Shown here in pieces: positions 27,272-40,257 of a DNA stretch of 64,000 nt. Position 1 is the stretch's first letter, and each line of letters opens with the position of its first letter. A program made the translations under genes and the position numbers. This stretch comes from Geosiphon pyriformis uo1 (lineage: Eukaryota > Fungi > Glomeromycota): contig JAAOMT010000723.1 in the NCBI GenBank assembly GCA_016748015.1, positions 62,001 through 126,000 of the forward strand, written 5' to 3'. The notes under the pieces are model-generated. The model was not told the origin of the DNA, did not search any database, and worked only from the letters and a program-made list of their open reading frames with translations.

Positions 27272-27835
27272 TCAACTTATCATTACAAATCCCATTCCGA
27301 AACCAATGCCAAATATGATTGTTACCAGAAAGATTGTAGTATCCGCCTGGCTTGCAACATTTTCTAAATTAAATGACCCAGTCTTATTTTCATGACCCTT
27401 GGGTATCGTTGGTGGGAGTTTGTTATTTGTGGTCGAGATCGAGGTTTGTATATTCGTATCACTACTAGAAACTGTACTGGAAACAGTTGACGAATTACCG
27501 GTGGTAGTTATCAGGGTTGCCTGATTCGTTTTCCCACTATTAGTTTTGCCTTGGACTGTTTCAGTATCCATCTGATTTCTATCATTACTTAATAAGGTTA
27601 AGGTTGGTTTGGAAGTAGAAATTTCCGTGGTCATGGTGGAAGGTGTAATCTTAGTATTTGAATTTCCGGTGTAAAAATTTTCAATCGTTGATTGGTCTAG
27701 CACTGTTTCACTTGAGCTCGGATTATATTCAGGCCAAACGGGGAGGAAATTCAGGGGATCGGCGGACGTAATATCTGAAAAAATGAAGAGAAAGGTAATA
27801 GTGATGGTAAAAATTGTGAGAATGAGTGGATTCAT
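27272..27835 (-). CDS. Secreted Thr/Ser-rich protein with C-terminal hydrophobic (GPI/TM) anchor, 187 aa
   Basis: Signal peptide MNPLILTIFTITITFLFIFSDITSA, T/S-rich body, C-terminal hydrophobic segment IFLVTIIFGIGFGMGFVMIS. Confidence 0.8.
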   Translation of the reverse strand: MNPLILTIFTITITFLFIFSDITSADPLNFLPVWPEYNPSSSETVLDQSTIENFYTGNSNTKITPSTMTTEISTSKPTLTLLSNDRNQMDTETVQGKTNSGKTNQATLITTTGNSSTVSSTVSSSDTNIQTSISTTNNKLPPTIPKGHENKTGSFNLENVASQADTTIFLVTIIFGIGFGMGFVMIS

Positions 27836-29244
27836 CTTTAGGGTTTCAGGAATGAGGTTTAATATTAAATCTTTTGTAAATTTTTATTGAAATTGTGCCA
27901 AGATGAAACTTGAAATTCAAAAGTTTTACATGACAAAAAAACAAAAAAAATTTAAATTCGAAAACAAACAAACAAACGGGATTTTTATATTCTTTAAAAA
28001 AATCATTAAGTAATTATAATTATAAAAAACAAACCAGACTTTTTGTAAAAGAAAGCAGGAAATTGTTTAAAGAGCTTTCACAGGCACTTCATTAGCTAAT
28101 AGATAAGTTCTTAAATTATGAGCAAATGTCTTGACAATTGATAAAATCTACTTTGTGTGTATCTCAGGTGATTGATGCCTCCTCGATCTGATTAATTAGA
28201 GAGAGATCAAAATTAAATAATTTAATAATGAGCATTAAATAAAAAATGATTGATCAATGATATTGTGAGGTAATTTGAATTTTTGACAATTAACGTTTGT
28301 TACGAAAGAGATCAAAATTAAATTCATCAATACATAGTAAAGTCCGGGAGCTAACCCAAACCCTATTCTCTGATGTTAAGCGCAAGAGCTATCATTTTAT
28401 AAATTTCATTTTTAAAATTGGGAAAACTCGAGAGAATCATTTCATTAAAAACAATAAAAGAATTGATAAGTGAGAAAATTTCCCCGCTTCTAACAGTGAA
28501 AGTAAAATCTACAAAAAATATTGCGTCATGTCCTGAACTTTCACCCCACAGTCAAGATGTAATTTGTTTTAATATCATCAACAATTCATTCGCGGACTCA
28601 CTTTTGACTAAATGAGAAATCTGTCAAATGACGACACCTTGTCGATTTTGTTTTACGACCATTTAAAGCAACCTTCGCTTTTAATATAAAATGATGGACG
28701 AACTAGTTTCATCTCTAAAAATTCCTTCAACAAACGATTAATCTGCTCTGGCTATAACTTTTAGCCCTATTTTCAAGGGAATCAAAAGATTCCTTTAACG
28801 AAGAAATTATTGATGTACAAAACATAAATTTGAGAAAATCTTCAATCAGAGAAAATGTCTTACTTTAAGGTTTTTAGAGGATATAGTTAAATTTTCAGAT
28901 GGAAGTAAAAATCTTATTAATCAAAAGTGTACAATTACTAAGAAAAGAGAATTCCTTTAATTTCTTGAACTTCAGATACATTAAATATATAAAAATCGGA
29001 TATAAAAGAACTCAAACCAAAAGTCCTCATTATTTGAAAATACATAAAAGTTTTTAGCCCATACTTGTTTAGCTAAAATTGGTATTTAAAATGAAATTTA
29101 GAAATCAATAAAGTTTTGATCAATCAAAGGTTGATAAAATTGATGAAAAAAATGGGGAATTACCTACGATCATATATATCAAATACGTGAGTCAATTTAA
29201 AGTTATTTATTTAAGAAAAATTCCATCTTGTTTCAGAGAATAAT

Positions 29245-29318
29245 GCTTCCATGGCGCAATTGGTTAGCGCGTTCGGCTGTTAACCGAAAGGATCCTGGTT
29301 CAAATCCAGGTGGAAGCG
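29245..29318 (+). tRNA. tRNA-Asn (GTT)
   Basis: 74-nt cloverleaf: acceptor GCTTCCA/TGGAAGC, anticodon arm TTCGG-CTGTTAA-CCGAA, T-loop TTCAAAT. Confidence 0.97.
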
Positions 29319-29374
29319 TTAATAACCCTATTCTGACTCGAGGTACCGGTCCTCAGTTCGGGTAGGGTTATTAA
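29319..29374. mobile_element. 56-bp palindromic, TTAA-bounded mini element (MITE-like) directly after tRNA-Asn
   Basis: TTAATAACCCTA...TAGGGTTATTAA perfect 12-bp inverted ends; the interior is also imperfectly self-complementary (GACTCGAGG/CCTCAGTTC). Confidence 0.5.
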
Positions 29375-29678
29375 GAACTTTTAGGTTTTGAAAACAAGCC
29401 TCTTCACTCAACAATTCAATATATGTCTAGCCCGAGTTTTACTGATCAATATGCATTTCAATAATCTTGATCGATGAAATTGTATAAAATCCAAGGTACC
29501 ACATTTTTGCAGAGTCGTCAGAGTAACAAGCAAATAAATATTTTTTAGTTAAAAATCAAGATGATCCATTTTTGACAGATGTATGGTTCTATATGCTTCT
29601 CATTCCGGAGCTTATTTTTCAAGTTTCAACAAAAACTACAAAGTAAATACTATAAAAATAATTTAGAAATAAGAAAAC

Positions 29679-29763
29679 CCGGCAATAGCTCAGTTGGTAG
29701 AGCGGGAGACTGTAGTGTTAACCTGTAATCTCTAGGTCGCTAGTTCAAATCTGGCTTGCCGGA
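29679..29763 (+). tRNA. tRNA-Tyr (GTA) with 12-nt intron (29716-29727)
   Basis: Acceptor CCGGCAA/TTGCCGG, D arm GCTC/GAGC, anticodon GGAGA-CTGTAG[intron]A-TCTCT, T arm GCTAG-TTCAAAT-CTGGC; intron at canonical 37/38. Confidence 0.95.
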
Positions 29764-30107
29764 AATGTCTGAATACTTTTTGTTATGATGATGATGAAAA
29801 GTAGCAAACGAGTGAATTTCATTCTAATGGTCATCTTTTTTTCAAACGATGATGATTTGATAACTAAAACGTTTTAGCTTATCTTTCATAAATGGTCATT
29901 CACAAACACAATGTTTATTCCATTTTCGGGTATTTTAATGAAGGCACATGTTTATTTACATTCATTTCTAGTTTAGTCAGATGTGTAATAACAAATAATT
30001 ATTCATTGAAACAAAGATCATTAAAATTTTTTTTGATTATCTATGGTCTCATCGTTTAAGGAAAATTAGTGGAGCGGAAAAGACAAAACATTGTAGAAAA
30101 ATTAAAA

Positions 30108-30181
30108 CGCTTCCACCTGGATTTGAACCAGGATCCTTTCGGTTAACAGCCGAACGCGCTAACCAATTGCGCCATGGAAGC
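30108..30181 (-). tRNA. tRNA-Asn (GTT), identical inverted copy
   Basis: Exact reverse complement of 29245-29318, followed immediately by a TTTT Pol III terminator. Confidence 0.97.
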
Positions 30182-31129
30182 TATGTTCTGGTGAAATTGG
30201 AATTATTTAGTAGAATAACTATTCTTATTAGGATTTATTAAAAAATGAAATTTGATTAAGAACCTCTAAACAATTGTTTAGCTTTTAATCATCAAGGTTT
30301 TAACTTTACTATAAAAAATTCAAGCAAAATCTTTTGATAATTTTCATGCGATTGTTTCATAATTTCAAATATTTTTACGATATTTACCAATCCATCACAA
30401 TCGAGGCTACGCCTATATTTTTGAAACAAAATTTTCGGATTAATAATGTCCCCAATTACAATAAATGATCGTGTGATTTGATACTATTTTTTATTTTGAT
30501 ATTTTAAGATGAAAAGTTTATAGAACTAAAAATTACAATGGACGATTTCAGATGGTTATCGAGTTTTTTTTCAAACATCTGAGCGATAGGTTTTATGACG
30601 AAAGGAGATTCTTGTGCGCGTTAAGATCTTTAGTTCCTAAAGATCATATTTGTTTTACGGTAATTTCAAAATCTGCCGGTAAAATTTGAAGTAAATTGAA
30701 AAAGGAACAAAATAAGCCTTTATGAAGAAAAAGTAACATCTTGCATTTAAAGAATTTTGTGATAAAAGTAGGAAATTATAAGATGATGGTCAGTTCTGTA
30801 ATAAAACTAAAAGGTAAATTTCGAGGAAAAAAAATGTGTTTTGTATTGAGATTCTGTTTCAATTTGTTCTACGACATCAAAGGTGATTTAAATAAATTTT
30901 CTTGATATTAATTAAAAAAGTAAAATAAATTTATGTAATCTATAAATATTTTCTGAATTTTTAAAACTCGTTTGAATTTATTCTTAATCTTTGATTCTAT
31001 TAAAAAGTTTAAAATAACAAAATAGCTTTTTTTAAAAAAAGATATTTTTATTTTAAAAACATTTGATTGTTGTAAATAGAAATTTTATAAAATGCTACAG
31101 TATATTGAAATACAAGTTTATAATTTGAA

Positions 31130-31162
31130 GAAAAAACAAAAACAACAACAACAACAACAACA

Positions 31163-31208
<46 letters not shown>
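31130..31208. repeat. (CAA)n(AAT)n microsatellite
   Basis: Directly visible. Confidence 0.9.
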
Positions 31209-31433
31209 TCAAAACCAAGGTTAAAATATAAAAATAGCTTCTCTTTTTTTTTTTGTAATTCCCAAGTTCTAGTTTTTCAATTATAGACTGGTTTACATAT
31301 TTGTTATTAGCTTTGTATGAAAGTTGGTAATTTGTTTTTTTTAATGCTTTTGTACATCTTTATTTGTTGGTTTTAAATAAACAAAATTTATTTCTTTTGA
31401 AAATTTATCTTTTTTTAGAAGAAAATTTAAATA

Positions 31434-31467
<34 letters not shown>

Positions 31468-31799
31468 AAATAATAATAATGATAATTATAATGATGTAAG
31501 AATGAAAATAAATGATGCCATTGATTAACCTGAAATAGAAAATATCATGAAAAATTTTTATTAAATGATTAAATAAATAAATAAAATTTTTAAAAAAACT
31601 ATTTAACGACTTATAATCTTTTTTTGTAACAATATTACTTTGTGAGGTTTAATATATATTCAATTTGATTTATTCAGATAAATTAAAAAAAATTTAAAGT
31701 TTATCATTTGGCTTAACTCCATTGAAAAAAAAAGGTTAGTTAGTTAGTTAGTATAGGAATAACCCTTTATGTACAAAACAAAAGGTTAAACTTAAAAGC

Positions 31800-32470
31800 A
31801 ATGGGATTTAATCAAAATTAATTTTTTCATATCTGAAACCAATAACTCCCAATTCTATTATTAATATTGTTTTCATAATCTTCAATGGCAATAATGTTGA
31901 AACGGCAATAAATTTTAAAGAACTGACATTATATCACATTTTAGAACGTTATGTAGCTAAGAGAGATAGACAGATGATCAAATATGCGTATCAAAAGCCA
32001 TTTTGTTTGGGAAATCATAAATTATCAAAACTTTTGAAATTTTTGATAATTTGGTCTGAGGTACCATTCTAAAAAAGATTTATCATTTTCTCACACTCGG
32101 AAATCTTTTAAGAGATTTTAGATGGATAATTTTTTTTTAATATCACTGTAAAAGAATGTTTGATGAGCTTAAAATGATTTAGAAGCTACTGTCCGAAATT
32201 AAGAAGTCTCGTGTTGGGATTTTCAAATGAAACTTAAATGAGTGCAAATCATAATAATCGTAATTTTAATTAAAATTTAATTTTCTAGAATGCTTGAAAA
32301 ACAAAATTATTTGGAATTGATCTACAAAAGATTTCTTTTCAAGGTTATATTCAATAATGTTGAGATAATTAAGCCAAGACTTGGGAATTCGTTCAATACA
32401 AAAACTTCTTGTTACTAATAAGTACTAGGTTAACTTTTAGAATTATACGTTGAGAGTTGTTAATACTTAA
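31800..32470 (+). pseudogene. Possible RNI-like/F-box LRR gene remnant
   Basis: Only short fragments such as FRSYCPKLRSLVLG (32178-32219) resemble the CPxLxxLxL LRR motif; many stops. Confidence 0.3.
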
Positions 32471-32772
32471 TGAAGTTTATTGGTGTTATTGCTGAGTGAG
32501 TGAGTAAGTAAGTAAGTAAAGTAAGTTCAGTCATTATTGAAAACAATCTAACAGGATTTTTTTAATTTTCTCATTAAACATTCTTGTACATTCACCTACT
32601 TTCTTGTTGCAATGTTAATGTTATTTTAAAGCAAGTGATCTAAACAGAAAATCCAAAATGATTTTTATTAAAATTTGACAAAAAAGTCAATTTCTCTAAT
32701 TTTGAATAAATGAATGATCAATTTGTAAAATTAAGAATTATTTTTTGGAATTATTTTTAATAGACTATTATT

Positions 32773-32789
32773 ACAACAACAACAACCAT

Positions 32790-32825
<36 letters not shown>

Positions 32826-32878
32826 AACAACAATAACAATAACAACAACAATAACAACAACAATAACAATAACAACAA
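32773..32878. repeat. (AAC/AAT)n microsatellite
   Basis: Directly visible; source of the poly-N and poly-C ORFs. Confidence 0.95.
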
Positions 32879-34211
32879 AAAAAAGCCTCACATTTCGACT
32901 TTCGTTTTTTTTTCAATTTTCAACAATAGAATAGTTTTCTAATAGTTAGCAAAAAAATCTTTACCTTAAAAAAAATTTTATTTTAATTTAACCATTTTCT
33001 CAAAAATTAATTTTCCCAAAAGCTATCCAAGAAGAAAGAAAAAAGTTTCATATTTAGAATGTTTACAAAAATTTTTGAATTCATTTCATGTGAAAAAAAT
33101 TTCAACCATTTTTTAATTTTGAATACAAATAATCGCTCATTGCCAATTTTTATTCATAGTTTTCCTATGTTGGCATGGGATTACAAACGCCAGCCCAGGT
33201 CAAATAATATTTAGTGAAAAATTGGTTAAAAAAACTCTTTTTTGTATGCCAAAACATCAAAAGATGATCATAAAATTCTTTTTTCATTATTAATTTCACA
33301 ATTTAAAGCTATAATGAATAAACAAGGATTTCAAAATGACAATGTTATTTTTGGTAAAAATGACACACAATGCTTGTTAAGATTTAAAATGGTTAATAAT
33401 TTAGATGCTCCCTTCTACTACGCTTAAGACTTTTAAAAGACAATCAATACCATTAGTTAGTTAATCAGTTAACTATTTAGTTAGATAGTTAGTTACTTAA
33501 TCAATTAGTTGGTTAGTTTGAGTAAATATTTAGAATTGTGAAACCAGAATCTTTACGAGACTTCCGATCAAGGTACGCCTAATAATATCAATACAAGAAT
33601 GGATAACAATGGAGATATTTTTATGTTCAAAATGAACCTTAATACTTTATAAGTCTTGTCTAGAAAAAATCAAAAAAGTTCAAAGATCATGAACAAGTTT
33701 TAAAACTTCATTAAACAAAATGTTTATTGTTCATTCACTAAATCAGTTTATATTAATGTTTATTTTTGTTATTAATTTATTATCATTTATTATCATTTTA
33801 TCTCAAAACAAAAGTTTCAAGTATTTTGGTCGAAAAAGGAAAGTGATAACTTTTTTGTGTGTATGATGTATGTATGTATGTATGTATATATGTATGTGTG
33901 TATGTATGTATATATGTATGTTTCAAAAAAAAAATCTTTATTTTCATTTTAAGTTAATGAAATATTATAATAAAGAAAAAAATTCCAATTTCAAGAATTT
34001 TTAGGAAAGACATTTTACGAATTTTCATTATAAAATGAAACCCAAATAAAATGGATATAAAAAGTTTCCCACTCCCTTTGAAAGAAGCCAATTATTTGTA
34101 ATATTACTCAAATTAGCTCCGATTTCCAAATAAAAAAAACCTCTATTAAATGTAAATGGTTTGTGTCGATCTTGATCTGTGGCGACTAACTAAATGGATT
34201 TGAAAAAATAA

Positions 34212-34262
<51 letters not shown>

Positions 34263-34932
34263 TAATAATAAAAAATAAACATGTAACTTGAACGTCTCCA
34301 TACACCATTATACTCTTATTACATGTACATAATATTGGAAACATGTCACATAAGATTGGAAAATCCTTACCTTATTAAGAAAAGTAAATATTTTTTTAAT
34401 AACCTCTCATTTTCTATTATCCCATTGAAAAAACTTGTAGGTTTTCAATTGATTTCAAAACTGACTGTTTTTTTTGTTTGGGTTTCAAAATTTTCTAGTT
34501 TTCTAAAACCCAAAAAAAAAACATTTAATTTCGGTTTTTTTGGGAACAAAGAAATTCTACAAAGCCAATGTAAGCTGAAAATCATAAATATGGCAGCCTG
34601 CGTTAGAAAAGGTAAAAATTTTAGAAAATCTCAAACATATCAAACCTACAAAAACCAAAAGCCAAAGGAAAAGGAAAAGAGTAGGCTTATTCCAACAAAA
34701 AAATATATTTCGATTTCAGATAAAATTTTTTTCCTTTATTAAAATCTTCAAAGAGCTTACTGATTTTGTCGTTGTCAAAATTTTCAAAAGCTCAGAAAAA
34801 AAACCCTTTTAGATCGTTCCGTTTAAAATCATGTTTATGACTTTTTGCAAATCTCGGTAACTAAATAACTTGAAGCTGACGTTTAAAGATTTTTTAATCA
34901 ATCAAACAATCAAACAATCGCTCTATCAATCG

Positions 34933-35021
34933 CTCACTCACTCACTCACTCACTCACTCACTCACTCACTCACTCACTCACTCACTCACTCACTCACTCA
35001 ATCAATCAATCAATCAATCAA
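34933..35021. repeat. Compound (CTCA)n(ATCA)n microsatellite immediately upstream of gene 35054
   Basis: Directly visible. Confidence 0.95.
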
Positions 35022-35053
35022 CCTTTATCAAAATTAATATATTTCAATTCTAA

Positions 35054-35320
35054 ATGGCTCAAACTCATTTCCAATATTCAAAGGCTCCCATTCGTAATAT
35101 CTTCAAAAGAAGAGTTCATGTAGAACTCAAATGTGAACTGCACATATCTTCAGACGGTCACGTGTTGAAGTATTATGCATTCGTAGAAACACACGAGAGT
35201 TATCATACTCACGTTTACCATTGGTTTCGTGATCAGTATAACGATATGCTCGGAAAAGTTGGAAAGGTTGCAAGAATAATTCAATTGATTTTTGGAACAA
35301 TTTATTGGAGAAAATATTGA
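35054..35320 (+). CDS. Small hypothetical protein (88 aa), paralog of 38160-38462
   Basis: GC-richer ORF in AT-rich surroundings with AAAATG-like start context; shares motif ExHIxxDGxxxxYYxFVE with the neighbouring ORF. Confidence 0.7.
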   Translation: MAQTHFQYSKAPIRNIFKRRVHVELKCELHISSDGHVLKYYAFVETHESYHTHVYHWFRDQYNDMLGKVGKVARIIQLIFGTIYWRKY

Positions 35321-35846
35321 ACATTTTTTTTTAACATATCATCAAAATGAATAATATCTTTTATCTGAACACTGAACATTGAACATTGAACATTGAATCT
35401 TAAAATTATTAAACATATAAATAGTAATTACTGTATACAAAAAATCTTTTTTTATCTCCCAAAAATCACATGTAAATTTATCCCAAACACTCAATTTGAA
35501 TAGTTAATAAATTGATGTACATATATTTCTTTTCTTAAAATTTTAATCAAACCCATCTTTGAAATCTTATTAAACTACTACCCCCGCTAGGCTAATTTTA
35601 TCACTATCACTATCACTCTATCACTATCACTATCACTATTTCTAACTCTATCACTCTATTTCTCTTTTAAAATTAATCAATATCGTAATTTCTTTTTTTA
35701 ATTTTATTCATAAGTCTGAAATAGATCAAATCAAGGGGAAGATTTCTAGATTTCTTCAAAAAATTTACTTTCTATAATTTTTCTAATCCGATATCTCAAT
35801 TTTCATATATTTAGATCTTTTTCAATACCTACCTACCCTTAAATGT

Positions 35847-35881
<35 letters not shown>

Positions 35882-35979
35882 TGTATTGTTTTCTTTTTTT
35901 ATCAGACAATTTCTTGCTGGACAAGTTTTAATTTACAGGGATATTAATAAATACAATGGGTTTTATCTTTTTTTATTTT

Positions 35980-36031
<52 letters not shown>

Positions 36032-36033
36032 TC
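35980..36033. repeat. (TTTC)n microsatellite
   Basis: Directly visible. Confidence 0.9.
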
Positions 36034-38159
36034 ATCCATCTATAAATGGCCAGGAACTAAAATCTAGAAAGAGTTTAAACGTTTTATTAATGCGAAAACG
36101 ATTCCTTACTTGATAACTTTATTTAGTTCGGCTCTTTTGGATATGAATATATGGGGTTAAAACGCTCTTAAATTAACTCTAATTCCTTATCATCGTTTTA
36201 TAATTAAATTCTTGCAAAAAAAAAATTTTTCAACCCATCGAGAAAGATTAAAGTTACATAAACTCAATTTTGGACAGTGTGTCTGTTGCAGCTGAAAAGG
36301 CTGTTTCAAAAAATTTTAAATATTTTATTTTATTATTATCTCAAGTATATATGTTGATTTGATACATTCCCTTTTATAAAAAAAATGATTATGAAACTTG
36401 TTAAATCTAAATCAATAGAAATTTTAATTTTTTTTTGTATTCAATTCAGCAAAGAAATGCTTTATACACATCTATCCTTCTTATCTTTATAAAATAGTAA
36501 TTCCCTTTTTATTAGACGCTATACATGTATATCGCATTCATATTACTATTTTTGAACAAATATTTTTTATATTAATTATCTTTTGTTCTTATACATCATA
36601 TTTTCCAAATAATCTTAACACTAAAGGATTTCAAAATTCAGGTTCATTCTGATGAACGCTCCTAAAGATTAATACCTCAATCTAGTTTTTTTTTTCTTTT
36701 TCTTGCGAAAATAAAATCTAAACTAACATTCTTTGTTTACTATGTATTTTTTGTTGAAAATTCAAATGAAAAGATAGATTTGATAATTTTCAATATTACC
36801 AATTCAAGAAAATTGACAAACTATGTATATGGAATAGAATACATTTTAACAAAAAATTCGTAACACCCAGTATTTATGATTTAATTAAAAAAATTCTTTC
36901 TATGGTTTTCTTTCAATCAAATCAAAATTTATCTCCCCCTCGCTAAAAACAAGTTCCTTAAAAATATTTAATGTTTACAAAAGAACTTTCTAAGGTAATA
37001 AATAATATTATTTATAGCAAAAAAAATTTTATTCTACGTTTGTACGAGGCGGGGAAGAAATTAAAGTTAAAAAAAAAAAAAAGAGGGAAAATTGATGATG
37101 AACAAAAAATGCGAACCAACGAATTTGAAATTTAAAAAAAATTTCATTCATGCATTTTTTAATTTTTACATTCATTATCCATTCAATTATTGATTGGAGA
37201 CACGGAATTTGATTAATCTCCGAATTAAAATTTTTTAGTAAACTTATTACTTAATGTGCAGACTTTTCAAGCTTAAAATAAACAAGCTTTAATTTCTATA
37301 AAACCTTCTCAGGAGACTTTCAACTCATCTATTAATGGAATCAATTTACAATGTATATTACACAATTACGTAAAATAATTTCGAGAAAAAAAAATTTTCA
37401 ATTTCTACTTTTACATGATCTATACTTTTCCTTTTAGAAAATTTAAACTTAAACAAAAAATCCTAATTCTTCTTTAATGATTTCCAGATTGACCAAACAT
37501 AAACAACAAAAAATTAAACAAGTCAAGATAAAGTTTTCTTTTGTTTTCACTGTAAATGGATCAAATATCATGAATATATGTAAAAAGTAGACAAATTATT
37601 AAAAAAAAAATTAAATATTCAAATTAATCTATGCATGCTTTCAATATGACGCATCTTCAATTCTTACATAGTTTTTTTTTTGTATAGGTACCATTGTTAC
37701 CCCTTCCTTTTTGTCTCCCTAACAATATTGTATCCGAATTCAATAATAGTAAATAGTGAACTGAAATGCAGATGCTTTCAAATCTTTAATTATGAAAGCA
37801 AAACGAAATATATAATATATAAAATACATGCATACAAAGGCTAATATCTTTTTTTTATTTTATTTTCGAGACAAAAAAAAAGTATAAAAATGTATAGATG
37901 AATAAGAGATTAGAAGGTAACTCTTGTCATAATTTAGAGTTGATGAATTAAATCGATTTTTTTTCAACTATTAAGGTAAAGCTTTCTCAAAAACAAAAAT
38001 CATTTTTCTTTAAAAGTATTCTAATTTTAAACAAAATTCTTTATTGACATTAAAAATTTTTAGTCTCTTTCTTATTTGAAAGCCTTTACTTCTTTTGCAA
38101 CTCCATTGAGGTCATTCTTGCTTGGATAACCAAAATTTGAACTCTTTTTTTTTTTCGGA

Positions 38160-38462
38160 ATGCCTTTGAATATTTTATTCAGGCGTCGATTATCGTTTCC
38201 TATCTCGTTCCAGCCACATAATTGTCTGTCAAATGAAATTGAAATACGTCACGAACAACATATCTGCTTGGATGGTCGTGCTGTAAACTATTATTCGTTT
38301 GTTGAAAAGAAACAAACTTATCGTCATCGTATTTACAAATTAGTATTGGATTATTGTGGTAATGGTAATGGTAATGGGAATAATAATAATAATAATAATT
38401 ATAATTATAATAATTATAATTTGAATGAAATTGTAAAAGACAGGTTGGAAATGGCTAAGTGA
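38160..38462 (+). CDS. Small hypothetical protein (100 aa), paralog of 35054-35320, with poly-N tract
   Basis: EIRHEQHICLDGRAVNYYSFVEKKQTYRHRIY aligns without gaps to ELKCELHISSDGHVLKYYAFVETHESYHTHVY. Confidence 0.7.
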   Translation: MPLNILFRRRLSFPISFQPHNCLSNEIEIRHEQHICLDGRAVNYYSFVEKKQTYRHRIYKLVLDYCGNGNGNGNNNNNNNYNYNNYNLNEIVKDRLEMAK

Positions 38463-40257
38463 ATAATGTTAAAAACTAGCATTAATATCTTTGATACAAA
38501 ATAGTTATTAAAGATAAATAATTAAATATGTTGAAATATTAGGGTTTGATTTTTAAAATAGTTTAATATAATTAATAATTTTACTTTTAAAAACAAATAA
38601 ATTTAAATCACATTTTGATGTTCAACTTTGAATTAATAATTAATTTAATTTAAAATTCATATATAAAAAAATTAATACAATTTTTGATTAAATTTAATTA
38701 CATTCATAAATACAAGATTTATATATATTTATAATTTAATTAAAAAATAAAATTTTTCAAGAATTATAATTTTAAATTCAAAATTTAAAATGATAGAAAC
38801 TACTTAAAATGAATTAATATTTTTTTGTTATAAAATCAATTATTTTATTATTACTGTTTTTATACTATTATTTTTAATTTAATCCAAATATTATTTAATT
38901 CTTATTTATTTTTTTAATCAAAAATCTCTTTTAAAAATTTATTTCATTATGTTTTATACAAGATTTGTTATTTTTAAAAAATTAAGACTGAATATTTTTT
39001 TTCAAGTACTTGACATTTTGCTATCCTTATTTTTTTTAAATTATTTAATAGAATTAAAAGGTTTCAAAACTGATTTTACATAATATATAGTCTCTTGGCA
39101 TCACTAAGAATACTAATTTTTAAAGAGTACCTTCCAGGACTAATTCACTTGAGTTTCTATTAAGCATATTATCAATCCTAATTCTTTATATATATCCATT
39201 TTATTTGTAATTCTATATTTTGTGAAAGCTCAAAATACATCAAAATATCTTGCACCGTTTGTAACATTAACATTAATATCAACATCAACATCATCATCGT
39301 CATTGGCTCCTAATACCAACACAATCCCTGATGCCTTAATCATCTCAACGCTGCCTAAAAAAACCACGAGTATTTTCTTTACACCAATTTTTTTCAACTA
39401 CTCAAACCTCATCTAAACGTCTTCCAACCACAGATAATTAGCTGCTTTGTTTTTGAAAAGTAATTATTAACTTAATTGTTAATTTAATTATTAATCTGAT
39501 TATTAACTTAGTAATTGATTAATTATTAATCTGGTTATTAATTTTTTTTAGTAATTATATAAACAATGAATACTTTAGCTATAAAAAAAACACTATCCAA
39601 TTTTTTTTATATTGCTTATTTTTAAATATCTGAATATTATTTATTGGTATTTACATCTTTTTTTTTTCTTTTTTTAATTTGTATTGTTAAAATTAGCCTA
39701 AAAAGTGCTTGGTTTGTTTTTGTAATTCACTAAATAAAGACATAATTGAAAAAACATTTATTTCATATTGATTTTAAAAATTATTAAGTCAGACATAAAT
39801 TAATTATAACAATATTGTTTTTTTAACAATTATGAACTATTTTTTTATTTTTCTTAAAAAGATTAATAACAATAATTTTGAAATTAGTAACTTTTTATAT
39901 CTTATTAAATATCTTTTATAGTTATATTGTCTTATTATTTAAAAAGCTTAAACAATTTATTAAGTTCTATTTTATTTGTTATTTTGTAAAATATGTTTTT
40001 TAATGTATTTTTAAAACACTTTGTATTAATAAATTTATTCCAAAAACAGAATTCTAAATATGCTTTTTTGTTCAATACAATTTATTATAATTTTATCAAC
40101 TTTGTTTATAATTTTTTCGAATTTAAATATAATTTTTTTTGTGAATTAAATAAATTAAAGCAATTTTTTAAAATAAATTTTTCAAATATATCTTATAGTA
40201 TAATCTTTATCTGTAGTATATATTTTATTATTTATTTATTATTGTTTTTATTATCAT

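Noticed and set aside
32731-32942. Poly-Cys and poly-Asn ORFs
   Set aside because: Translations of an AAC/AAT microsatellite; the same applies to 19636-19854, 31092-31286 and 18088-18342.
34323-34742. 139-aa K/F/I-rich ORF
   Set aside because: Composition reflects AT-rich noncoding DNA; likewise the ORFs at 2844, 24929, 39993, 40254, 46129 and 52185.
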